Assembly: GCA_039818205.1 (NCBI GenBank)
Contig: JBCBUK010000003.1
Span: 32,001 to 96,000, forward strand
DNA length: 64,000 bases
DNA from: Verrucomicrobiota bacterium
GTDB lineage: Bacteria; Verrucomicrobiota; Verrucomicrobiia; Opitutales; Cerasicoccaceae
Direction: 5' to 3'
The notes under the pieces were generated by a model. It was given only the letters and a program-made list of their open reading frames with translations, was not told the DNA's origin and did not search any database. Below are positions 10,295 to 18,172 of this stretch, piece by piece. The first letter of the stretch is position 1; each line of letters starts with the position of its first letter. A program made the translations under genes and the position numbers.

Positions 10295-11848
10295 ATGAAT
10301 CAGATTGGAAGGTTGGGCCGCCCCGCGGGTTATGTTCTGGGGCTTTGGCTGCTCTCATTGATGTTGAGCCCTTGTTGGGGCCAATCATCCCTCAGCGCGC
10401 TTTCACCGGAAATGCGGGTTGCGGCTGGGATGCAGAAGCTACTGCCAGACATGAAGTTCAATAAGCGGCTCTCAACGCCATCTGACGAAGACCACCTGCT
10501 GTTGTTCTCGAATGGAAACCAGTTGGCCCTCGTAGCCTGGACTGAGGGTGAGGCCAAGCGCATCCTGGCTCCGGCGAGCCCCATGGATTTTCTCGTCTAC
10601 AACACCGATGGTAAGCCACTCGGGTCAATATTGGCCCAGGGATTCGTGCTTGAGATCATCCTTTCTCAAGAGCCGGGAATCTATGTGCCGAAAGGAGCGA
10701 ATGCATTGCTGATGATAGCGGCGCTTGCGGAACGAGTTGAGCCTCGCATCCGGGTGAAGGGGCCCGCGTTTTTGGAGCTCACTTGTGATTTTGTGAATCC
10801 CCTGAATGAGCCGTTGATTCTAAGCACGCCCGGTGAGCCAAGTGTGGCCATCAAACCAGGTAAATCATACACCGTACGACAGGACGTGATCGTCGGGCGC
10901 GATGCGGAGCCTATTCGCCTGCAGGTTGGCGCTTCCGGGATCTATCAAGACGTTACGATTGAGGTGGAAAATCCATTGCTGGTCGATGTCCGCGCAGATT
11001 TGCCCGGCCGGCTGACGGTCGATCTGATCAATCCGGCAGGAACCGCCCTGCAAGGGCGCATGAGCCTCTCGCTGGTTGGTGATAGCCGAGCGCCGTTCGT
11101 TTTCCCCGTCGAAATGAAGCGAGGAGAGAGTATCGAGTCGATCCAGGTTCCAATGACAATCAATCTGCCGCTTCCCAAGCCAATTGAGGTGAGTATTAAT
11201 GAGTCGATTGGCGACCCACGGGAAGATGTCGAACTCACCCGGACATCGCCACTGCAGTTTGCTCCAATTGCTGGCTTTGAGGCCGCGGGTGAGGGCAAAC
11301 CGGTTAATTGGATGCTGAAGAAGAGTGGAGAATCGTTTGCGGACCTTCGGGCCGGCAATCCTCCGGGTGGTGCTCCGTGGGGTGAAAACTCAACGTTGAT
11401 CTTAGCTTACACGTTTGAAAATGCGGGTGCCTCCTTGGCCATAGCTCCCGCCAATCCGATTGCCGGGTCGATTACGCAGCTGCCCAACAGCGTTGGTATG
11501 TGGATCCGAGGAGATGGTTCCGGTAATTTGGTATCCATGCGCTGGCGCGACGGGCAAGGAAACCGGTTTAGCTCGCGACCGCGTCCGATGAGCTGGAAGG
11601 GGTGGCGCTACGAGACCTTTGCTCTCGACTCTAAAATGGTTCCGCCGATCCGGTGGGAGAGCCTCCTAACGGTTGATTCGGTTTCGCCAAGCTCGGGTGC
11701 GGCCATGGTGTGCGGCCCGGTGCTAAACTATGGATTTGATCAGTTAAGCAAACAAGCCGAGGCGGAAGTCAGCGTTGAAGTTGAGGACGATGTCACCTTC
11801 GGCAATCCGGTAAAGCTAGACCGGAGTCAATTGGCACCCGTTCAATGA
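10295..11848 (+). CDS. Exported hypothetical protein with a C-terminal carbohydrate-binding-like domain
   Basis: Likely start at MNQIGR (10295) with a signal-like segment. C-terminal GMWIRGDGSGN...WKGWRY resembles CBM11/CIA30-like beta-sandwiches. The upstream part of the ORF overlaps DUF62 and is probably non-coding. Confidence 0.6.
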   Translation: MNQIGRLGRPAGYVLGLWLLSLMLSPCWGQSSLSALSPEMRVAAGMQKLLPDMKFNKRLSTPSDEDHLLLFSNGNQLALVAWTEGEAKRILAPASPMDFLVYNTDGKPLGSILAQGFVLEIILSQEPGIYVPKGANALLMIAALAERVEPRIRVKGPAFLELTCDFVNPLNEPLILSTPGEPSVAIKPGKSYTVRQDVIVGRDAEPIRLQVGASGIYQDVTIEVENPLLVDVRADLPGRLTVDLINPAGTALQGRMSLSLVGDSRAPFVFPVEMKRGESIESIQVPMTINLPLPKPIEVSINESIGDPREDVELTRTSPLQFAPIAGFEAAGEGKPVNWMLKKSGESFADLRAGNPPGGAPWGENSTLILAYTFENAGASLAIAPANPIAGSITQLPNSVGMWIRGDGSGNLVSMRWRDGQGNRFSSRPRPMSWKGWRYETFALDSKMVPPIRWESLLTVDSVSPSSGAAMVCGPVLNYGFDQLSKQAEAEVSVEVEDDVTFGNPVKLDRSQLAPVQ

Positions 11849-11883
11849 TTGGGCCATTTCGGTTGGTAGGGTTCTGATAGGTA

Positions 11884-13104
11884 ATGCCTAAACTAACCGA
11901 CAAACAGCGAACCCGAGCATTCATCTGGATGCTCCTCTCCGTACCACTTGGAGGGGCTGGAGTGGACATGTATCTGCCATCGCTTCCGGTCATGGCTCAC
12001 GATATGGCGGCGACTGATTTCGCAATCCAGTCGACGGTTTTGATCTATTTAATCGCTTACGGGCTCGGGCAGATTTTTGCGGGCCCATTGGTTGATGGCT
12101 TTGGTCGACGGATTCCCGCAATTCTGGGGGCCTTGCTCATGGCGGTCGCGAGCGTTGGTATTACCCAAGCGGATTCGATTGCCTTGGTTTTGGTTTTGCG
12201 CGTGTTTCAGGGAATTGGTGGCGCATTAACTGCGGTAGCAGCACGCTGCGTGGTTCCAGATTGCTACGCGGGCATTGAGCGGGTTAAGGCGGCAAACTGG
12301 ATGTCAATCGCTTGGGCATGTGGTCCGATTCTTTCGCCGGTTCTCGGCGGCTATTTACAGGAGTGGTTCAACTGGCACGCGACGTTTTGGGCGCTGGGCG
12401 GCTGGTCGATCCTGGTTATGGTGACCGCTTGTGTGCTGCTGCCAGAGACGCATCCACAAGGCCGTGATTATAGCCTTCGCTTTGATTTTGGCGGGCCGAA
12501 GGCAATGTTGAGTGATCGCACCTACCTCTATGCATCGTTGGCAATGGGCGGTGTGATTACGGTGATCTATTCGTTTGAGGTGTTGGCGCCGTTCTATATC
12601 GAGATCGATTTTAAGCATTCACCGATCTATTACAGTCGCGTTCAGTTGTGTCTCGGCCTCCTCTGGCTCGCCGGAAATTTGGCCAATCGTTTCCTGCTCA
12701 AAGTCGCTGGTGACCAGCTTCGTATTTACCTCGCAACATTGATCGGAGTTGGGGTTGCTGCCGGGATGATTGTCGGGGATCTAAGCGGATTCTACAGCTT
12801 GTTGTGGATCGCAATACCTTCCAGTATCATCTACTTTAGTGCCGCTACAATCTGGCCAAATTTATATGCCATCTGCCTGGGGCGATTTCCCAATGCTGGC
12901 GGATCGGCCAATGGATTAGTCAGCGGCATGTTCAACCTGATCAGTGCGCTGTTCTCGGTGAGCGGTGCCTTGCTGCATTCGGCGACTGCGTGGCCGCTCT
13001 GGACCCTCTATCTCGTGGGGCTTGGGGCCGCGGGTGCCATATTTGTGTTTGCGCTTCGTTCAACGCTGCAGGCCGGGATCGCCAAGATTGAAGAGGTCCG
13101 TTGA
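11884..13104 (+). CDS. Bcr/CflA-family MFS drug efflux transporter
   Basis: DMYLPSLP, GPLVDGFGRR, LRVFQG, PVLGGYL, LPET. Confidence 0.88.
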   Translation: MPKLTDKQRTRAFIWMLLSVPLGGAGVDMYLPSLPVMAHDMAATDFAIQSTVLIYLIAYGLGQIFAGPLVDGFGRRIPAILGALLMAVASVGITQADSIALVLVLRVFQGIGGALTAVAARCVVPDCYAGIERVKAANWMSIAWACGPILSPVLGGYLQEWFNWHATFWALGGWSILVMVTACVLLPETHPQGRDYSLRFDFGGPKAMLSDRTYLYASLAMGGVITVIYSFEVLAPFYIEIDFKHSPIYYSRVQLCLGLLWLAGNLANRFLLKVAGDQLRIYLATLIGVGVAAGMIVGDLSGFYSLLWIAIPSSIIYFSAATIWPNLYAICLGRFPNAGGSANGLVSGMFNLISALFSVSGALLHSATAWPLWTLYLVGLGAAGAIFVFALRSTLQAGIAKIEEVR

Positions 13105-13113
13105 GGACGATAT

Positions 13114-13145
13114 AAAACCCTGCTGGGCCGTAAGCCCAGCAAGGT
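13114..13145 (-). terminator. Intrinsic terminator closing the arsR + Cys-peptide unit
   Basis: TGCTGGGC-cgtaa-GCCCAGCA stem. It extends with a G:U pair only on the minus strand, is followed there by UUUUA, and lies 11 nt after the peptide stop. Confidence 0.75.
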
Positions 13146-13156
13146 CGATATGTTGG

Positions 13157-13231
13157 TTACTTGCAGCCACAACCGCAGCAACCACATTCGCAGCCCGTAC
13201 AGGCCTGCGGATTCGTTGTGTTTTCAATCAT
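13157..13231 (-). CDS. 24-aa Cys-rich metallothionein-like micro-protein (MIENTTNPQACTGCECGCCGCGCK)
   Basis: Hand-translated ATG(13231)..TAA(13157), with 7 Cys in the last 14 residues. Lies between arsR and a terminator and is preceded by an operator palindrome. Not in the ORF track. Confidence 0.75.
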   Translation of the reverse strand: MIENTTNPQACTGCECGCCGCGCK

Positions 13232-13247
13232 TGTTTTATCTGATTTT

Positions 13248-13267
13248 ATATAGATATCTGTCTATAT
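13248..13267. promoter_or_regulatory. ArsR-type operator palindrome upstream of the Cys micro-ORF
   Basis: ATATAGA-tatctg-TCTATAT perfect 7-6-7 inverted repeat, matching the copy at 13600-13619. Confidence 0.7.
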
Positions 13268-13281
13268 GTTGGTTAAAATAG

Positions 13282-13590
13282 TTAGCAGCAATCGCACAGC
13301 TTATGTGCCTTCTTTTGATTTGGAGCAATTTTCACGAGGAGCTCCCCGCAGCAGTTAACCACGGCTGACTGGTTAACCTGGTAGTATACCATTTTGCCGT
13401 GCTGCTCGCGGTTCACCAATCCAGCCTCTTCCAGAATTGCAAGGTGATGACTGGCGGTCGGTTGCGTGACCTGCGCCTGCTCGGCGATCTCGCCAACCGA
13501 CTTTGATTGGCAGCAGCAGAAACGTAAAATCCGCTGTCGCGTAACATCCCCAAGGGCTTTCCCAAACACGGCTGCTTGTGTTTCATTCAT
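13282..13590 (-). CDS. ArsR/SmtB-family metalloregulatory repressor, Cys-rich
   Basis: KALGDVTRQRIL, VGEIA, QPTASHHLAILEEAGLV, GKMVYY; Cys clusters CCC, NCC and C-terminal CDCC. Confidence 0.92.
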   Translation of the reverse strand: MNETQAAVFGKALGDVTRQRILRFCCCQSKSVGEIAEQAQVTQPTASHHLAILEEAGLVNREQHGKMVYYQVNQSAVVNCCGELLVKIAPNQKKAHKLCDCC

Positions 13591-13596
13591 AACAAC

Positions 13597-13624
13597 ATCA
13601 TATAGATGTTTATCTATGAGTCAA
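13597..13624 (-). promoter_or_regulatory. arsR promoter with overlapping operator palindrome (leaderless geometry)
   Basis: Minus strand: TTGACT-N16-TATGAT-N6-ATG. The palindrome ATAGAT-gttt-ATCTAT (within 13600-13619) fills the spacer. Confidence 0.7.
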
Positions 13625-13802
13625 GGGAGTAGCCTCGATTTTCTTTGAGCCGTTTTGCGGAGACCGAGACTCGCAGCATGAAGAGTGGCTCCGATCACCC
13701 AGTGGAACAATTAGGAGAAGATCGGGACTTAAAAGGCGTATTAAATCTAAGTATTTTTATCCGCGTAGTCCGTGGGACCAAGTTCGCCTGATTGCGTGGT
13801 CA

Positions 13803-14564
13803 ATGATGATGTTCGTTGGTTTTCCAGCGCATGGTGAACGTCCGATGCCAGTTGACGAGATCAAGTCTGCGATCTTGGCCTCTCCGGATCTCCGCGTCTT
13901 TAGTGGGCTTAATCTGAAAGATAAAACCGATGGCTTGCAGCGGTGGATTACGACCTTTCCAAAAATGGCGGCGATCCCGGGACCGTTAACCGAAGACTTT
14001 CCCAGCGATCAGCACACCCTTTCGTTTTTCCGCGTCAATTATTTGATCATCGAGGATAGCCGGATTGAGGCCAGCGTCGTTGAAGAGGCCTTAAAGTTCT
14101 CAGATTGCCACTACGTTTGGGTGCGAAATTCGGTTCTGTTGGGAGGCCACGAGGACGCGCTTGATGTCGTGCGTGGTAGCCACCTGATATTTGAGAACGT
14201 CGAATTTATATCTCGAGGTGCGAGGGCGGTCACCATTAAGGGTGGGGTAGATACCGTCTATTTTCTCGACTGCCACTTTTCCGGCTCGGCTAAGGCGGGG
14301 GCTTTTATTGAGCTGGGTGACTGGACGGACTACGACAAGAATGATCATCCTCCGACCAGCAATATTGTTGTTCCCGAGGGTAATACGTTCGATTGCCCGA
14401 CAATTGTCGTGAGGCGAGGTAGTAGCCGGCGATACCATACGAGCCAGACGATTCGGCCGATTCGCACCTACTATATTGAGGCAGTTGAGGCCAGTAGTCG
14501 GGTCGAGAGATTGCCCAGTTGGATGATGTCCATCTACTTTGGAATCCAAGACCTCGTCAAATAG
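13803..14564 (+). CDS. Hypothetical protein with right-handed beta-helix-like repeats
   Basis: 253-aa ORF. EDALDVVRGSHLIFENVEF, AVTIKGG and FLDCHFSG resemble parallel beta-helix coils. Start is uncertain. Confidence 0.55.
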   Translation: MMMFVGFPAHGERPMPVDEIKSAILASPDLRVFSGLNLKDKTDGLQRWITTFPKMAAIPGPLTEDFPSDQHTLSFFRVNYLIIEDSRIEASVVEEALKFSDCHYVWVRNSVLLGGHEDALDVVRGSHLIFENVEFISRGARAVTIKGGVDTVYFLDCHFSGSAKAGAFIELGDWTDYDKNDHPPTSNIVVPEGNTFDCPTIVVRRGSSRRYHTSQTIRPIRTYYIEAVEASSRVERLPSWMMSIYFGIQDLVK

Positions 14565-15292
14565 CCTAAATTATACTCGCGCTAGGATTTGCGGTGAGGT
14601 CTATGGTGGTCGAATTCGAACGATTCCGGCTCTCGCCGAAAAGAAATTGGTTCCCTAACCCTCAAACGCTTTTGGCAATGCCGGTTAGGAATTCGGTATC
14701 CTTAGGACGAAGCCGCTTAGAGGAGCAAGTTTTTCGGGAAAAATACCGTGCGCAAAATATACACAGGGTTTTCGCAATCCAGATTTTACCGTTTTCGCGC
14801 ACGGGTTATCATGAGGATATATTCTCAAGCGTTGTGGTGTCATTTGGCCGTATGCCTTTTGTTGGCGTGGTTAGCTGCCGGACTGATTGGCCCTGGGGCA
14901 CTAGGGCATGAAGTCTATCCTATTTGTAAATAGCGTTACATTTGGCAGCGAAATACTTTGATTTGGTAAGATATTAATTAGGGTTTAATTCCTATTTATT
15001 GGGTCATTTGTGATTAGACTCGATGCTTAACTAATATTAAGAATAAGCTCAGCTTGCGTGTCTTGATGGTAAAATGCACAAGTGACGCAATGGATTGAAA
15101 TAAACTCTTGTAAAAAGGCTCTAGAATATAGATTTCATGCGACATTCAGGTGCGAATCAGCTTGTGTAGCCGGACTATTAACTGACGTTAATTGACAATG
15201 AATTCCTTGTAAAAAAAATATTGTCATCAAATTTGCTTTGAATTTTTTCATAACATAATGATCCTTTATCAATAGGGTCACCTGACTATAAA

Positions 15293-15757
15293 ATGACATC
15301 ATCGATGAATAACTTGAACCCAAAACAGCCTATTGGACTTACCCTGGTCGAGGTGATGATCGGAATGACCATCTTGGGTATCGTCATTGGATCTAGTCTT
15401 TTGGCGGTCGTTCAGGTTAGGGAATTGAATTATCGTTCCGACGCGACGCGGGGAGCCTACACGGCTCTCAATGGTGAGCTTGAGAATTTGCGCACCCAAA
15501 CATTCGCGCAGCTTTCGGCGAGTGTTACGTCAGCAGATGCGAACGCGACATCAAGCACTTCGACATCGACTAGCTCAATTAATGGGGTCTCTTACAACGT
15601 TTCTCGAACGCTGCAGTTCGAGGATTCGGCGAAGGAGATCGTCCTCGCAAACGTAATGATCACATGGACTTTCGGCGATCGAGAATCGAGCATCACCGGT
15701 CGCTCTCTATTTACCATCAATGGATTATCAGACAAAAAGTTTAGCACGGCCAACTAG
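15293..15757 (+). CDS. Prepilin-type N-terminal cleavage/methylation protein (PilV-like minor pilin)
   Basis: Class III signal G|LTLVEVMIGMTILGIV with Glu at +5. Confidence 0.85.
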   Translation: MTSSMNNLNPKQPIGLTLVEVMIGMTILGIVIGSSLLAVVQVRELNYRSDATRGAYTALNGELENLRTQTFAQLSASVTSADANATSSTSTSTSSINGVSYNVSRTLQFEDSAKEIVLANVMITWTFGDRESSITGRSLFTINGLSDKKFSTAN

Positions 15758-15761
15758 GTTA

Positions 15762-16268
15762 TTGCGCAAAGGGTTTTCTTTTCCCGAGTTAATTATCGCG
15801 ATGGCGATCTTCGGTTTGGTAGCTGGCGGAGTTTCAGCGACTTTTATTGCATTCAGTCAAGGGCTTCGCCTCTCCATGATACACGCTGAACAGGCTGCGG
15901 ATGCTCGCTACGCCTTCGAGTGGATCAACAAAAAGCTACACTCAATCAGCGAGCCCCATATCGCTTCATCTGCTAGTTTTGAATTTACAACCGCGGATTT
16001 GGATGGGACCGCAGAGCGCATCAGGATTCATTATGACTCCAATGATGATGAGCTTAAGAGCACAGAAGATGGTAGTACAAGAGTACTCCTTGAAAATGTC
16101 AGTTCCGCCAGCTTCACCTACTATGATCGCTTTGGTGCGGTTACCAATACGTTGATTGACATCAACGCTGCCAAATTGGTGATCAACACTGAAGTCGCCA
16201 CGAAAGCCGGGGCAAACGATGTTAAGACTGAGACCTCAATAATTACTTTTCGTAATCGCACCTTTTAG
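15762..16268 (+). CDS. Prepilin-type protein (PilW/GspJ-like minor pilin)
   Basis: RKG|FSFPELIIAMAIFGLV. Probable TTG start at 15762, just after the upstream stop. Confidence 0.85.
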   Translation: MRKGFSFPELIIAMAIFGLVAGGVSATFIAFSQGLRLSMIHAEQAADARYAFEWINKKLHSISEPHIASSASFEFTTADLDGTAERIRIHYDSNDDELKSTEDGSTRVLLENVSSASFTYYDRFGAVTNTLIDINAAKLVINTEVATKAGANDVKTETSIITFRNRTF

Positions 16269-16270
16269 CC

Positions 16271-17668
16271 ATGAAAAATCGATCAGAGAATGGTTCTGTC
16301 ATTGTATTGGCAATGATCTTTGGAACAGTCGCCGTATTGGCGATAACCTACCTTGGTAGTTCACTCGCTACCGAATACAAGACGACTGTTCGATACGGTC
16401 TTGGATACACCGCCTTTCACTTGTCCGAATCCGGTGTGGAATTGGCGATGTATGCGATCACGAACGAAGAGCTAGGCGATTCTGATTGGCCGAGTACGGG
16501 TGATCAGACTTGGACTTTCACCGATAACACCCCCGTTGGGCAGTATGCTTCCAATACCCGGGTCCGTGTTATCAATAATGGTGATGGAAGTTATCTAATA
16601 ACGGCTCTTGGAAGCGTCGACCTCGGATCCAATCCAGTTCAGCGAGCGGTTGAAACCGTGGTGCAACAGGGGTTAACCGAGGAACAGGAGGAAGATGGGA
16701 CGGGCTCAGGCGCCTTTGACTATGGCTTGGTCGCTAAAGATGCGATCAAACTGAACCACAATAACCCTGGCATGAAGATCGCCAGCTACGATAGTGACGT
16801 CGATTTCGGTGTGCCCGAATTTGGAGTCAACACAGGCTTTGACGTGACCGTTGCAACGCCATCGACTACCGATAATGCGATTAAAGTTAACAATGCCTAC
16901 ATCACCGGATCAATCCGCAGTGGTGGTGGTAGCATTGACTATTCTAATAGCCACCCGCATGACCCGTTCCAAAACGCGATTGTCCTGGGCCCAGACTCAA
17001 CCCAAGCACATGGGGTTGACCTGAATCGTCTTTCAATCGACTTCGACGGTGAAGTGCCTGATCCAGATTTGCCCACCCAGGAAGGCTATAACGTTTTAAG
17101 CTTCGACCAAAATTATTGGCAAAACAACCAAGATATCGAAATCGGTTCCACGAATAGTTCCACCTGGGTTTCCACCGAACGCGTTAACACAAATGCACAG
17201 GGTACGCTGACAATTCGCGGTGAGGTTGTGATTGATGCACAACGCAACCTGAACCTGGCCGCTGATATCGTTATCGAGCCCGGAGCAACCCTGATCGTTA
17301 TGGCAGGGGAGAACATCCATGTGAATGCCAGCAGTATTGCCCAGCAGTACCCGTCTCAGTTTCAGTTGATCGCAAAATCGAACCGAGACGTCGTGCTGAA
17401 TAACTTTGATGTATTCACCGGTGTGGTGAATGCGCCGAACTCAAATGTTCGTCTGGCCGGGGTAGGTGGAACGCCCAAAAGCCAGTTTCGTGGCGCGGTT
17501 ATCGGCAAGAATATTGAGGTCACGAACGGGACCGAGTTCTACTATGATGTGAACCTGGGTGATGGTGGCTTCGACAATTCTGAAGATGGCGGCCTGGGCA
17601 CCGTTCCAGTCGGTGAACTGGAGCTAGTGAGCTGGGCAGAAGTTTCGCCTTCCCGGGCATTTGATTAA
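16271..17668 (+). CDS. PilX/GspK-like minor pilin with a large C-terminal beta-rich domain
   Basis: ENG|SVIVLAM lacking Glu5, AFHLSESGVELA, YLITALG, and C-terminal FTGVVNAPNS..FRGAVIG..YYDVNL..SWAE. Confidence 0.8.
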   Translation: MKNRSENGSVIVLAMIFGTVAVLAITYLGSSLATEYKTTVRYGLGYTAFHLSESGVELAMYAITNEELGDSDWPSTGDQTWTFTDNTPVGQYASNTRVRVINNGDGSYLITALGSVDLGSNPVQRAVETVVQQGLTEEQEEDGTGSGAFDYGLVAKDAIKLNHNNPGMKIASYDSDVDFGVPEFGVNTGFDVTVATPSTTDNAIKVNNAYITGSIRSGGGSIDYSNSHPHDPFQNAIVLGPDSTQAHGVDLNRLSIDFDGEVPDPDLPTQEGYNVLSFDQNYWQNNQDIEIGSTNSSTWVSTERVNTNAQGTLTIRGEVVIDAQRNLNLAADIVIEPGATLIVMAGENIHVNASSIAQQYPSQFQLIAKSNRDVVLNNFDVFTGVVNAPNSNVRLAGVGGTPKSQFRGAVIGKNIEVTNGTEFYYDVNLGDGGFDNSEDGGLGTVPVGELELVSWAEVSPSRAFD

Positions 17669-17716
17669 GATCCCGGAGCACACTGCTCTGCTCAAGTAAT
17701 CATTACTGAACCAATG

Positions 17717-17745
17717 ATCCGCTTCATTCTGGAGCGGATTTTTTA
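17717..17745 (+). terminator. Intrinsic terminator of the minor-pilin operon
   Basis: ATCCGCT...AGCGGAT stem followed by a T-tract. Confidence 0.75.
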
Positions 17746-17928
17746 TGCCTTTAAGATTCTCTGTTTGGGTGATCTTTGCTCGAGAGTTTATCGCTAGGTT
17801 GAACCCGTTGGGGCTCTCGAACTCTCGAGCTATTAAGTATGATTCGAAAAAGCCACATAGTCTGCAACCAGTGTTGCTTCACTGGACGCACATGGGTGTG
17901 GCACCTCGATTGTAAACCCTTGCTTTGC

Positions 17929-18016
17929 TGGCGGATGGGGAGGGATTCGAACCCCCGGAGGCTTGCACCTCAAAAGTTTTCAAGACTTCCGCATTCGGCC
18001 ACTCTGCCACCCATCC
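17929..18016 (-). tRNA. tRNA-Ser (anticodon TGA)
   Basis: Minus strand GGATGGGTGGCAGAGTGGCCGAATGCGGAAGTC-TTGAAA-ACTTTTGAGGTGCAAGCCTCCGGGGGTTCGAATCCCTCCCCATCCGCCA: acceptor stem, long variable arm, TTCGAAT loop, discriminator G and encoded CCA. Confidence 0.95.
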
Positions 18017-18172
18017 GGAACAAGCCGCATATATGAAAGTGCTCCCGCGAAAAGCGCAAGTATTGTTTTTGACCTCATCATTTACGGGGCCTGATGGATA
18101 ATTGTTCGAAAAAAATCGAATTTTCGTGGCCGCGGGATGTCAGGTTTGATTCATTGAAGCGACTTACCCGCT

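Noticed and set aside
13157..13231. Cys-rich peptide as a RiPP (ranthipeptide, lanthipeptide or thiazole) precursor
   Set aside because: No radical SAM, YcaO, LanM or dedicated peptidase/exporter is adjacent, and the leader is only 10 aa. The ArsR context favours metal binding.
12965..13243. 92-aa + strand ORF crossing the peptide locus
   Set aside because: Overlaps the MFS 3' end out of frame and runs through a terminator. Its AATTAATT stretch is the antisense read of the Cys-Gly codons.
17899..17914. TGGCAC sigma-54-like motif downstream of the tRNA
   Set aside because: The -12 position reads GT rather than GC, and it points antisense into the tRNA.
13625..17928. tRNA-Ser-anchored integrative element
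   Set aside because: No integrase, and no convincing direct repeat of the tRNA 3' end. GCGGAGACCGAG near 13657 is too weak a match.
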